The notes under the pieces are model-generated. The model was given only the letters and a program-made list of their open reading frames with translations. It was not told the DNA's origin and did no database searches. Positions 39,148 to 51,399 of a DNA stretch of 64,000 bases are shown piece after piece; the first letter of the stretch is position 1; each line of letters begins with the position of its first letter. A program made the position numbers and the translations under genes. The stretch is taken from the NCBI GenBank assembly GCA_951406725.2, contig OX597816.1, positions 157,356,001-157,420,000 of the forward strand, read 5' to 3'. The stretch comes from Octopus vulgaris (Eukaryota).

Positions 39148-40547
39148 ATATATATGTATATTTCAAACAATTATAAAGAATACCGAAACTGGCACATGAA
39201 GAAAATGTTTTCCTTTTTCAAAATTTACAGTTGGTCGTCGAGCATAATTATTTGGTTACAATGACCGACACATGTTTCTGTTGTACAGAGTATATATATG
39301 ATGTTGCACATGCATTGACCCGGGAACACGGGGTGCAGGAGGTGCAAGAGCACCCATAGAATACTTGTGAGGGGCAAAATTAAAATGTGCATTCCTACTT
39401 TTAGAAAACCGTCAATGAAAATGACCTGTAAAAAGTAACTCAAAGTTAGATTTCTGCTGAAAGAACAAATGTAAATAACAAAAGCAATAAGACCTTATTT
39501 GTAAGGATGTTTGGACCTCGGTTTTCACAACCTGAGCAAATTTCGTTTCCCAGCCACCTAGCATAATCTGGGCAACTTTATTCAGAGCCCTTTAGTAAGT
39601 ATGGCTCGAAGCGAACTCAGTTAATTTATATATATGCGGCTAGTTTAAGATACCAAGTGAAGTGAGGAGGAATGTGTTGGAATCTGATATGGCTATAAAA
39701 TTTATATCTAGGGTGACCTTTACTTAGCACCAATACAGAGCAGGAAGCGTGGGGCGGTTAATTTATGAATTAATCGTATCTAGGATTATTTTCCAACATG
39801 GCTTTTACTAGGCTTTACATCGATAGGGATCCGTCAATATATTCTATAGTTGCACACTTTATAGCTGAATTTAAGGGTTACTTATATGTTTTCATACATT
39901 TATGTTTCGCTATGATTTTAATCTAGTGATAATCAAGATATTAAGTCGAGAGTTGGGCCAGATAATGTCCCGACATACACCTACATTATTCTGCACACCT
40001 ATTTTGTATAGGATATAAACTTTCGTGAAATCTGCATGAAAATGTTTAAAGGTTTTCCCGTGTAAGTGTAAATATCTCAAGACCTGTTATAGTTTACTGT
40101 TAAGTAATTTTATGCTTAAATGTAAGAATCTGGTAATATTTATTCTATGCATAAATCACATCTCTTGCTCCCTATTCAATATGGAGTAGCTGTACTAATT
40201 TTATCCCATTCTATTCTGAAGTTAGAATTCTTTCCTATGAGAGACCAGATTAACTTGCTTGAGCTCGTGCTATTTATCTTATTTCTATCCTTATTTCTAT
40301 ACTTAGCGATCATTGACACTTGGTACTAATTGATGCATTTAGCTTTAACATGGAATTTACTTGAGAGCTTCCGCGGTATCGCCTGGATAGTTTGGGCCTT
40401 ATATATATACATTTTATATATATATATATATTAGAATTCTATTTATAATATATTAGTTGTATATTATTTATAATTAATTATAGAAAATATCTTTCACAAT
40501 TAGTTGAATTGCTTGATAGATGTTCTGTCTCTAAATTATATATATAA

Positions 40548-40607
<60 letters not shown>

Positions 40608-40621
40608 CATACATACATACA

Positions 40622-40654
<33 letters not shown>

Positions 40655-40742
40655 TTATATATGTATATGTATATAATATATCGTAATTTAGTAAATTGGG
40701 TTTTTCCCTGTAGCTTTGGAATTTTATATTCCCTAATATTAA

Positions 40743-40787
<45 letters not shown>

Positions 40788-40830
40788 TAAATAAATGGAG
40801 TTGAACGCAGATGCTATTCAAATTCTGTTA

Positions 40831-40913
40831 CTTTCAACATATGTTTCGAAGACAACATTGGTTTTATTCCAAAGGAATAAACGGTGTAAAATGCAATCTT
40901 CTCATCAGGAAAG
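40831..40913 (-). ncRNA. Type I hammerhead ribozyme, PLE-type, intact core
   Basis: ctttc-CTGATGA-gaaga..tcttc-GAAA-catatg-TT-gaaag; GUU cleavage triplet. Confidence 0.88.
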
Positions 40914-41339
40914 AAAGAGAGCCTATCTCAACAACAAAACATTATAACAATTTCGATGACTACATGAATGATAAACAGAACGTTATTAAACATACCTTTA
41001 TCTCATATAAGTGATTTTGCCAGTCTTTATAGTTTTAACAGTTAGTTTAACTTGCACTTTACTTCAATAGAGAAATCTACTTCCAAGCCTTTGTATCCCT
41101 CTTTATTTGTTCTCTACTTATTATTTCTTTACTCCTTCTCTTTCTAGTTTCTGCCTTTGATGTCGAATCTACTAACGGTTTTTTTTTTTAAATACTTAAT
41201 AACGTTCTGTTTATCATTTATGCAGTCATCGAAATTGTTATAATGCCTTGTTGTTGAGATAGGCTCTCTTTCTTTTCTGATGAGAAGATTGCATTTTACA
41301 CCGTTTATTCCTTTGGAGTAAAACCAATGTTGTCTTCGA
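40846..41339. repeat. Near-perfect inverted repeat, arms 40846-40989 and 41196-41339
   Basis: About 144-bp arms with few mismatches and a spacer of about 206 bp. The right arm carries a hammerhead copy truncated within GAAA. Confidence 0.93.
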
Positions 41340-41348
41340 CAATGGAAA

Positions 41349-41700
41349 ATGCTGGGACGCTGCCTGGAAGGGTTTAGTCGAATAAATCAACCCCAGTACT
41401 TATTCTTTAAGCGTGGTATTTATTATTTTGCCAATCCGCTAGGTTACGGGCAAGTACAAAAACCAACACCGGCTGTGCAACGGTCGGAGGGGAATGCACA
41501 CGCACACAAACACAAACATACACACACACACACACGCATACACACACACAACCGGCAAGCTTCCACAAACTTTTCGTCTACGAAATTCACTCACAAGGTA
41601 TAGGTCGAAGACACTTGTCCAGGTGTCGTGCCGTTGGAGTAAAGCTAAAATCACGTGGCTGCAAAGTGAGCGTTTTAACCACCCAGCTGTGCATGCGCCT
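41349..41700 (-). mobile_element. tRNA-derived SINE with internal (GT)n
   Basis: Head ggcgcatgcacagctgggtggttaaaacgctcactttgcagccacgtg; same family as 53290-53690. Confidence 0.7.
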
Positions 41701-42988
41701 CTCTTCGTAAAAACTAAATTGTCTGTGGAGCAACCTAAGCGATACTACAATTACAATATTCAGGAGAATAATCAAGGATATGTCTATGGGAAATGCCTTC
41801 TAGAACTATTGCTCCTGAATAAATATTTGGCCAAAGAACACTGATTTGTATAATAAAATATCATTAGGATACCTTCTATGAGAAAAAGGGACGAATGGAG
41901 GAAAAAGGGCTATGTACTAACTAATTTTTTCAGTTAATTTTCCCCGCAGTCATATTGTGTAATTAAGCAATATACTATCTGTTGGAAATATTTGCCAGTC
42001 CATTTGGATGCAACAACACAGATGATTTATTTCCCACATGAGAGAGGAAGTAAGCACTGGTTGTATTTAGAACTTGACGCTTGGAAAATTAGCATATCAA
42101 GCATGCCTCACTGCATTTTGTTCTTTACCTCTGTATTTTAAGTTCACTTATAAGCAAAAATGATTTCTGTTTTCATGAAAGAAATAGATATCAATGTAAT
42201 TTGATTCCATTAGTTACATCCTGCACGAATGAAAATTGTTTCTTTTTTAGTAATAAATATTTGGAGAAAGATTGTCGAATTTTTATTGCTTTCAACAGTT
42301 GGTTTTAAAGTCCACATTCCACGTTAACCTCTTTCGTCTATATTGACCAAACATTGCGATCATCTTAACTTATTGGAAGGATCTTTATTAGTGAAGTTAA
42401 TAAGTTTAACTTCAATATGCATAATGATCACATTAGATCATATTATTTGTAATATAAAACCTTTGATGATTAACTTACCTCCTACTTATATAAATATCAT
42501 TAATTTCAGGTAGTTGAACATTAACTCGCGTTAGAATTAAATTCTCCAAAGTAAAACTCCCATAGGATTGCAATGCACATATTTAAAATAAAACTCCCGA
42601 ATATGGTTACTGATCACACTGATTAAACCATTCTTTAAATGGAAATTTAAAAGGTGAAGTAAATAGTTTTAAGATTTTCTCAATAAGCTTCAAGCATGTC
42701 AAGTAACTTTAGATAGGAACAGAATAAGCATTACTCACACTGTCGACAGAGTAAGAGGCCTTTAGATTTGTCTATGCTATATTTCCTGTATTTATGCCCA
42801 CTTCTAACAGTTGTTAAGCTTTAAGCAACGGAGCTTTTGATCAAGGAAAGAAACTTTAAATGAATAGTGTTGGAACCAGATTTTTACAACCTGAGTATGT
42901 ACTTGTCATTTTCTCATGTTTATCCATAACTGATCGTTTACAGAAATAAAATATCAAAAGCAACAAAATAAAACTTCACATAGCTTAC

Positions 42989-43288
42989 CTTTTGCTGGAC
43001 ATTTGCCTTGTTTTGTTACCACACTATCGAAAGCCAGTGTAGTTAGGTTTCCACCTGAGTATACAAGGGAAATATTGTGAACTCCCTTAGATAGTGTAAG
43101 ATTGACATTCATCCAGATTTCAGCATCAAATTTTGGAAGTTTCATTAGCAAAGTATTATTGTTATAGACTGACAGATTACCATATCCGGAGAATATATAA
43201 TAAAAGTCCAAACAGAACGTAGTTCCCATGGTTATTTTAGGTAATATTATTCGGCTTTCATTATTGCAGTTGAGTCTTATATATTGGC
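42989..43288 (-). CDS. Host gene exon: C-terminal half of a MAM domain
   Basis: ttttag/gtaag borders, 300 nt, phase 1-1. GQYIRL..FCLDFYY..GNLSVY..W..LAFDSVVTKQGKCP. Confidence 0.9.
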
Positions 43289-43730
43289 CTAAAAGCAAAA
43301 TATTTTATTGTAAGTAAACATCATCAGAAAGCAAACAGAATGAGCAACAAAAGTTTATAAATTTTGATATGTTTGTTTATAAGAACAATTGTCCTTGCAA
43401 TATAGAAGAAAGTATTAAATCTATTATATGTAGTAATGAAATATAGACAATATTAATTGTATATGTTATTCTGGGATTAGAGGGGATTAATTATTTTTAT
43501 TAGATATTTAAACATTGAATTGTTTGAGAAAGTGCTTGTAAATTTTAGTATGAATACTGAACGAAGATATTGATCTGTGAAAAAGTGAGTTAACGGTAAG
43601 AATTAACTGTTGGAAAAGGGAAACATATAATTATGAAGAAATAGTGTCTCGTACACGTATCCGACACATGCTTTCAGGCTATAATAGATATTAATTCACT
43701 ACAATATTGAAATATTGGAAAATGATTCAC

Positions 43731-43865
43731 CATAAACTGTTCCTTTTGAGTGATCGCGACTCGGATTCTTAGATCTTACTCCGAAATCAAGTTCCAAACA
43801 ATACTCCGGGGAACTTTTAAAACCGCACATATTTTTATCCTCAAAAGTACAATTGAAGGTATTTA
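43731..43865 (-). CDS. Host gene exon: N-terminal half of a MAM domain
   Basis: tttcag/gtgaat borders, 135 nt, phase 1-1. FNCTFEDKNMCGF...PSRDHSKGTVYG (CtFE..CG and P..DH..G MAM motifs). Confidence 0.9.
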
Positions 43866-45199
43866 CTGAAATTCAAATTAAGAGAAAATTAGTAGAAGAT
43901 CAAATAATAAACGTAAATTATTAACAATAATATAATACATTTTATATAAAATCCTGAATATACAATACGGACGTTTTTCAAAAACTGTGGTTAATGGCTT
44001 TGCATAAGTTATTAATAGTTTTATGACCACTTTGAGAGAACTAACTATGGTGTATTAGTGTTTAAAATATGTACGTGACGAAATGTTGATCATTTCATGA
44101 GTTTTATATTGGGGTTCTCCATAATCAATAAACTATTCATAATAAACAAACATACTTTATGGCAAAACCATTCAGATCCTATTGGCATCATTCGAGATTA
44201 TAATGTAAGCGTAAAATTTCTTTACCATTGCATTTCGCTACAATCCTTTTAAGGGTTTACCTAACAATTCCGGGCAAGATACCTTTACACAAAAGTGATT
44301 TAGTGAAAGAACCCGACAATAGCATTTTATGGAGATGAAACAGTTTATGCTGTTACAGAAATCATTCTGGTTTGTATTAATATACACAAAATGCAATATG
44401 AATTGCATAAATAAAATATGGATACTTTTCTTTTAGATAAATTACTTTGAAATTAAATATTAGCGATAGAATCAGTAGTAGTACCAAATAGCAATCTTTA
44501 TATCCTACTTCACACGGAAGCATCGTTAGAACGCCGTATTACTGCAGCATTTGTCTTGAGAGACCCTCTCAACCAGACCTATAATGTCAAGTTTACTTTG
44601 AAATTATTTTTCGAAATTAAATTACTTCTGCAGATTATATCTTTTGAAGCTTATAAAGACAACAACATCCAGGATTTAACACATGGACTTACAGTCTTGT
44701 CGGAATTATCGGATATTTTCATACCTATACTAACATAATATATGCAGATAATTATTTATTATATACATATATGCATACATGCCTACATAGTACATATATG
44801 AATATATTTATACATGTATGACTTTATATATCTGTATATGGACATATATTTCTCTTAGCTCTTAAATCTCCCAGTACTATCAGCACAACGGGCAACGAAC
44901 TTTCACCAAACATCGCAATTGCTCACCTTCCTCTAAGCTCCACTAGAACTAAATCCTAGCGTTATCATGTCGTTCCCGAATGTACTGCAACTACGTTTTC
45001 CTTGGTCCCCCTCTCGGTCTCCTCCACCTCTTCCAGCGTCCGTTCCATCATGTTTCCCCTGCGGTAATCGATGCACCATGTCTTACAAACTTCCTATAGC
45101 AGTTCTTCTCATCACCTATTTGTTTCTCACTCGGACCCGGTAAAAGACGCCGAAGATTGAATATATATATCTGTCTTTATTCATTTATTTACACATAGA

Positions 45200-45760
45200 T
45201 ATATCCTAAATAAATGACCATTTTCTTAGTGTTGTTTGAATCTCCATTGACTTGTGGTGCGCCACATATATTTCTCTTGAACTGGAAAATGAGCAGGATT
45301 TGCTTTCTCCAGACCATATTTTTGATGGCCAAAAATCATCTTCTTTCTTGCAGAGCTCTTTAATATTGATAACATTTAGGGTTTTATTAACGTTTGAAAT
45401 CATTAGTTTCTTTCTTGCATATTTTTATTGATGTCCAAGGTCTTTCAATACTGTTTTATATGGTGACATATTCACAGACTATGGAACGTTTCTAACAGTT
45501 GGAAATCGATGTTTAGTAATTTCCTTCTTATATGTCTTCTTTATTCTTTGAAAAACGTTCTACTACATCCTACAGCATTCCTTCAATCGGTAACACAGTT
45601 TTTCGATCCATTTACCTGACTGTCTTATCCAATTTTTCATAATAAAAATATGAATAATAATTTTTGATTGGACTTCCCACAATGATACCATTGACGCTCT
45701 TGTAAGTTCATTAACATCTTTTTACTAATTGCTTTCGTTCGTCTGTTTTATTCTCATCAT
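45200..45760 (-). mobile_element. Highly decayed Penelope-like RT remnant
   Basis: NGIIVGSPI (G..MGSP) and LDI-like motifs on the minus strand. Confidence 0.35.
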
Positions 45761-47035
45761 AGTTATACACTAAAAACCCAATGAAATTCATTCATATTTC
45801 TCTACAGAGAAGAGAAATATCAAACTTTATCGTTGTTGATCGACGATATTACAGAGAAAGTAACTTTCCTCCTCTGCTGTACCTGGGCTGTTTACAGAAG
45901 CAAGTGCCGTGTCCCGTGTGTACTTAGTACCTCTGCACTTGTGGAGGAAAACACTATCAATTTTTTCACAGCATCCATGGCGCCTTAAGCGTACCACATA
46001 TTGATTACATATCTGATTTAGTGTCTCTCCCTCCAGATATTCTATAGGGGTTCACTCCTACAGCCTTTTTAATAACTCAATAAATTACCCTGCGACAGTT
46101 TAATATTATAGTGGATATGGTTTGTGCAAAACCAGTTCCCCTCTCTCCTCTTTCAAACTTGTATTGGTCTGATGCAACAAGTGCCACGAGGCCAGTAGTC
46201 ATCAGGATGCACTATTTATATGGAATTATTTCTCTTAGATGAGCAGCTAAAGCGCCGAAGGGTTACATCTGCGATGGGCCCAAGAACAATCCCACGATGG
46301 TTGTGATTATTCCGAGTCAGAGTAGACCAGAGTTACAATAGATGATTCTACATTCATTAAAAACCTGGAATTCCCAAACCAGTCATAACTACAAGATACG
46401 TGTGTGTATATATGTGTGTGTGTATGTGTCTGTTTATGTTTCTGTGTGTGTGTGTATTTGTGTATGTGTGTGTGCATGCGTGTGCGTGTGTACAAACTTT
46501 GCATATAAACATACTTATGTAATCAAACATATATACATAACAAAGATATCTTAGGTAACTTAGTGTGGGAGGGGGCATGAACCTTTACCCGATCTCCGAG
46601 ACAATTTAGAGAGTGATGTATCCTCAAACCAGAAACCTACCATAAATACTTTCAACAGTGTAGTCTCTGCTAAAAGCTACCAAGATCAACTGGTGGTGTT
46701 GAACTGAGCAACGAAATAAGTTTTCCATCCATTAAGGACAGGTTTGTGTATGATCTCAAAATGCTTTGACCCGAAACGAATGTCGCAAAACATCTCATAC
46801 GGGACTTTAACGTTCCCATCAGCCTATGGCCATAAATTCGTAGTTTACTTATCGTTCAATGAAGGATGAGAAACAAAGTTGACTTGTGTGAGGAATTTGA
46901 ATTCCTTGGAATAAGTATTGTAAAATATTGTATCTGATCCACTGCCTATAAAGGCGTATTAAGGGGTTTTTTCTATAAACTAATAGTCATCTATTCTTAG
47001 TTGACAGCATTCAATAATGTTACGTGTTTACTTAC

Positions 47036-47146
47036 AACATGCATTTTCATCGCTGCCGTCTTTACAATTCCAATGATTGTTACATCTGTCTTTTTGTTGA
47101 ATACATTTGGTCTTGTCGGTACACATAAAGGTATTTCCTGGACAAT
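47036..47146 (-). CDS. Host gene exon: LDL-receptor class A repeat
   Basis: ttacag/gtaag borders, 111 nt, phase 1-1. DCPGNTFMCTDKTKCIQQKDRCNNHWNCKDGSDENAC has 6 Cys and the DGSDE motif. Not in the ORF track. Confidence 0.93.
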
Positions 47147-47611
47147 CTGTAAGTAATAGAAATTATGACTGATTTTGATTAAACTTCTAAATATTTTACC
47201 TAATAATAACTTCCTGAAACATGAGTCCGTTGTGAGAGTGTAGAGTGAATATTAAGAATATTTACAATATCAACAATACTTTTAATTGGTGAATGAAGCT
47301 TTTAGATAACTTGTTTCTAAATGTTCAAATGATATAAAATACATTATAAAAGTTAAGAAAATCATATATACCTCAGTATTTAAAATAAACGTATTTGAAT
47401 TTTCTGTTATATTTGCATTAAAAATAATGTTAACATTCATTTGGTAATGATTTATAAAATTTACAAGAGAAAGAATATTAAAAATATTTATTTAACAAGA
47501 CAAACAGAATTTATGAAACATGAATGACAGCGAATTTTATGCACAAAAAGGTTTTATACGAAGAAAATTGAATCAAATTTTAAACACGTGTGTGCAGAAT
47601 GATAACGGCAT

Positions 47612-47830
47612 TAAGGCGGCGAGCTGGCAGAATCATTAGCGTGCCGTGCAAAATTCTTAACGGCATTTCGTCCGACTTTACGTTCTGAGTTCAAATTCCG
47701 CCGAGGTTAACATTGCCTTTCATCATTTCGGGGTCGATAAATTAAGTACCAGTGATGCACAAGGGTCGATGTAATCGACTTGTCTCCTCCGCAAAATTTC
47801 AGGCCTTGTGCCTATAGTAGAAAAGGAAAA
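47612..47830 (+). mobile_element. tRNA-derived SINE with target-site duplication
   Basis: aaggcggcgagctggcagaatc..gagttcaaattcc. TSD aatgataa(c/t)ggcat at 47598-47611 and 47831-47844. Confidence 0.87.
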
Positions 47831-48949
47831 AATGATAATGGCATACCTGCCTTTCCTCTGACCGAAATGAAAGAGATATGCAAATGTTATTAGGAGTAGC
47901 TGCTCGATAAGAAGAATGTATGAGAGAAATTACCTACTACAAATAGAACAACAGAAGAGACAAGCCACTGAAGTTGCCAGCAGTACGGTCACAACCGCGT
48001 AGGGAAAACGGATTACCTACCTTCGTATACTCAATCACCATTGAATACTATAAAAATAAATGGGATTCACAAGAGAGAATCCACAACAAAAGAATTTTAA
48101 TTGATGGACCAGATTATAAAAGTTACTGGAAGAGATAAAAACGGGAGTAACCTAGACGGAATTCGTATCAGATTTGTGTCAGTTCGAAGGACTGTCAAGG
48201 TTGTTTTTGTAGTGAGACAGAAGTAAAGGTATTTAGGAAGTGGGAAAGACAATATAATTAGGTTCTGTTGATCAAGAGAAATCTTTTGTTTAATCTTCAT
48301 GTTCTCTAATTTTGTGGTGGCTAGAGAAAATTTTAGGCATGGAAACTGAAGCTAGATTCGCACGACCTCATGGTAAATTTAACCAAATGCTAAATGAAAG
48401 GCAGAACCTTTCAGCCATCAGATAAATGGTGTTGCACTATGTTCAGGAAAGGAATAGGTAGTAAGTAGAAAGTCAACACGGTTTACGCGTTATAAACTGT
48501 GGATGCTCATGTGTAGTAGAATCACTGATATGTTGAAAGAGGAGATAGTCTTTGTATGTCTCAAAAACCCATGCGCAACCAGTAATAAGAACATGTGTGA
48601 AATAGATACCTTCATTCGAAACTCTTAATCTTCGTACAGTATCTTTTCTGATAAACTATCTAAAACCTACTAGAATTAAAAAGCCAACAAAAATATTTTG
48701 TTGGCTTGTATTTTTGAAAATGTTAACAATAGCTTTGTGGATTCATCATTTCGCATTGTACGATTGCATCTAAACATTTAGTAGAAAGGTGTAGGAGACA
48801 TAGTTTTATTTGAGTAGTTTCAATGGGATGGGTATGAGCTTTGAAATTGTGGTTGTTAACTTCACGTGAATTCTCAATGACCAGACCTATGCTAAAATGT
48901 ATCTTACCTGTGGCAATAGTCGAAAGCTATTTGAAGTAAAATATCATAT

Positions 48950-49336
48950 GGTGGAAGCACTCCGTCGGTTACGACGACGAGGGTTCCGGTTGATCCGAAT
49001 CAACGGAACAGCCTGCTCGTGGAATTAACGTGTAAGTAGCTGAGCACTCCACAGACACGTGTACCCTTAACGTAGTTCTCGGAGATATTCAGTGTGACAC
49101 AGAGAGTGACAAGGCCGGCCCTTTGAAATACAGGTACAACAGAAACGGGAAGTAAGAGTGAGAGAAAGTTGTGGTGAAAGAGTACAGCAGGGATCACCAC
49201 CATCCCCTGCCGGAGCCTCGTGGAGTTTTAGGTGTTTTCACTCAATAAACACTCACAACGCCCGGTCTGGGAATCGAAACCGCGATCCTATGACCGCGAG
49301 TCCACTGCCCTAACCAGTGGGCCATTGCGCCTCCAC
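48950..49336 (-). mobile_element. Full-length young tRNA-derived SINE (resembles the octopus OR-type, tRNA-Arg-like families)
   Basis: Head ggaggcgcaatggcccactggttagggcagtggactcgcggtcataggatcgcggtttcgattcc with A/B boxes. Perfect 12-bp TSD aaaatatcatat (48938-48949, 49337-49348). Confidence 0.87.
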
Positions 49337-49388
49337 AAAATATCATATACAAGTACGATAAAATAAAATTAAATTAAATTAAGTACTA

Positions 49389-49488
49389 NNNNNNNNNNNN
49401 NNNNNNNNNNNNNNNNNNNNNNNNNNNNNNNNNNNNNNNNNNNNNNNNNNNNNNNNNNNNNNNNNNNNNNNNNNNNNNNNNNNNNNNN
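49389..49488. other. Assembly gap (100 N)
   Basis: Run of N. Confidence 1.
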
Positions 49489-51090
49489 GTAGCTGATATT
49501 TTGCATTGAGATGATTTTCTTTGTGTAGCTTCTCTGAATTGCTTCGAGTTCTGCTGTTAGTTTTATATTGTGTGGTGACCAAAGTTGGGAGCAGTAGTCC
49601 AAGCGGCTGGGGACGAATATTTTCCATAGGACCATCAGTGTCTCCTTCTCTCTTGTTCTGAAAGTTCGGAGAATCCATCCAGCTAGCCGTCTGCATTTTA
49701 TCACCAGATTCACCAGATTAGCAATATGCATTTGGAAAGATGCATCATTGCTCATGTCAATGCCCAGGTCACGCATTGATTTTGACTCAGGGATTGCAAT
49801 TCTTCCTGGGCCAGTGTATCCAGTCTTCACGTCATTTACCTTTGTGTGCCAGTAGCGCAGGGCCTGGAATTTACCTGGATTAAACTGCATGTTGTTGTCC
49901 TCAGCCCACCTGTATATTGTGTCCAGCTCATGTTGCAGATGCGCAATATTTTCAGGGTTTTGTATTGCGTGAGAGACTTGTGTGTCATCTGCATAGCTAG
50001 CAAGGGTGGTCATCGTAGCAACTGAAGACATGTCTGAAAGGGCCACTATGAACATCAGTGAAAGCCCCAAGACAGTGCACTGTGGGACACCGCTTGTTAT
50101 TTGCGTTTCCTTGGAGGTGGCTCCATTGCTCACAACTGCCTGTTTTCTGTCTTTTAGGAAGTTGTGCAGCCACTCTCTCAAGTTTCCCGCCTATGCTTGA
50201 GACCATGCAGTTTGTGACAGATCATACCATGGTCGAATTTATCAAAGGCTTTTGCAAAGTCGAGATATATTACATCCACATTTAAGCCATTTAGTAGCTG
50301 TTTCAACACCCAGTCATAGTGTTGCAGGAGCTGTGTTAGAGCAGCCTCTACCTGGTCGAAATCCATGCTGGGTGTCAGACAGCAAGTCATTTTCTTCAAG
50401 GAACATGATTAGTTTCTTACGGACTATTCGTTCCATGACTTTGCTGATGTGTGAGGTCAGAGAGAGATAGGACTATAATTTTTAGCATCTGCTCTACTAC
50501 CTCCCTTATGGATAGGGCATATTACCCCCTCTTTCAATTTGACTGGGAGCTTACCACTTGCAAGAAAGCTCCGAAAGAAGAAGCTGTAGCGGTTTTGCAA
50601 GTGCTCGTTTGCACGATTTGAGAAGGATCGCTGGGAATCCATCAGGTCCAGCAGCTGAGTTTGTGTCAATCTCATCAATGAAAGCTAGTGTGATATCATC
50701 ATCTTCGATGTTGATGTACTCAATTCTTGTCTCTTTGGCCGCAGGTAAAGTGGCCAAGAATTCTTCTGGGTTGTTTACTTGCCTGTGTCCTAGAGGTGTA
50801 GTGAACACACTTTGGAACTGTTCGTTCAGTATTTCACTTATCCTCGTGGGATTTCCTGTGAGAGAGCCATCTTTTTGGAAAGAGGTCCTATTCTCTGGTG
50901 CACTGTGGCTGTCTCTTTGGCAAACTTAAAGAAAGCTTTAGGGTTTGATTTTATATTTTCTATTACCCAAGCTTCTTTATCTGCTCTCTCCTTTTCATGG
51001 GACTGATGTAGACTTTTCTCAGTTTCCATTAGCATTCTTTCGAGCCGAGACTTCTCACCACATTTGGTGTGCTTGCTCAGGCGGTTTGCA
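49489..51090 (-). mobile_element. CR1-like LINE, related subfamily, 5'-truncated; 3' end lost in the gap
   Basis: GPDG, PIHKGG, DFAKAFDK, GVPQ, YADD, DYCSQLWSP. Confidence 0.92.
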
Positions 51091-51105
51091 ATATATATAT
51101 GTATT

Positions 51106-51154
<49 letters not shown>

Positions 51155-51258
51155 GTATGTATAAGGGTGAAAAGGAACACACGAAAAGGAAGGTTGATAT
51201 ATATGAAAAAACAAGTCAAAAATAGAAAAATGCTAAAATAATTTTATAGTGAACATTT

Positions 51259-51296
51259 CAGTACCGGTTTCGGTCATTTTGAGACCTTTTCAACTG
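51259..51296 (-). ncRNA. Minimal hammerhead variant (UUGAAAA core) in an inverted pseudo-LTR of the Penelope-like element
   Basis: cag-TTGAAAA-ggtc tcaaaat gacc-GAAA-ccgg-TA-ctg. Confidence 0.65.
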
Positions 51297-51399
51297 TAAC
51301 GATTAAATAATTAAATTTAGAAAAATTAGAAGAAAAGTTTTTTTAAAAGAATATTTCTATAGTAGTGTTCAGATTTAAGTGGCATTCTGCCTTTCTCTG

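Noticed and set aside
46100-46215. Isolated CTGATGA on the minus strand (also near 18877, 27165, 30720)
   Set aside because: No complementary stem II closed by GAAA and no matching stem I.
48908-48926. 19-nt candidate micro-exon (tag|CTTTCGACTATTGCCACAG|gtaag, minus strand)
   Set aside because: It would shift the frame between the phase-1 MAM and LDLa exons, which join cleanly without it. At most a poison exon; there is no support for that.
49255-49336. tRNA gene
   Set aside because: It is the tRNA-like head of a SINE, with unrelated body and TSD; there is no proper cloverleaf or terminator.
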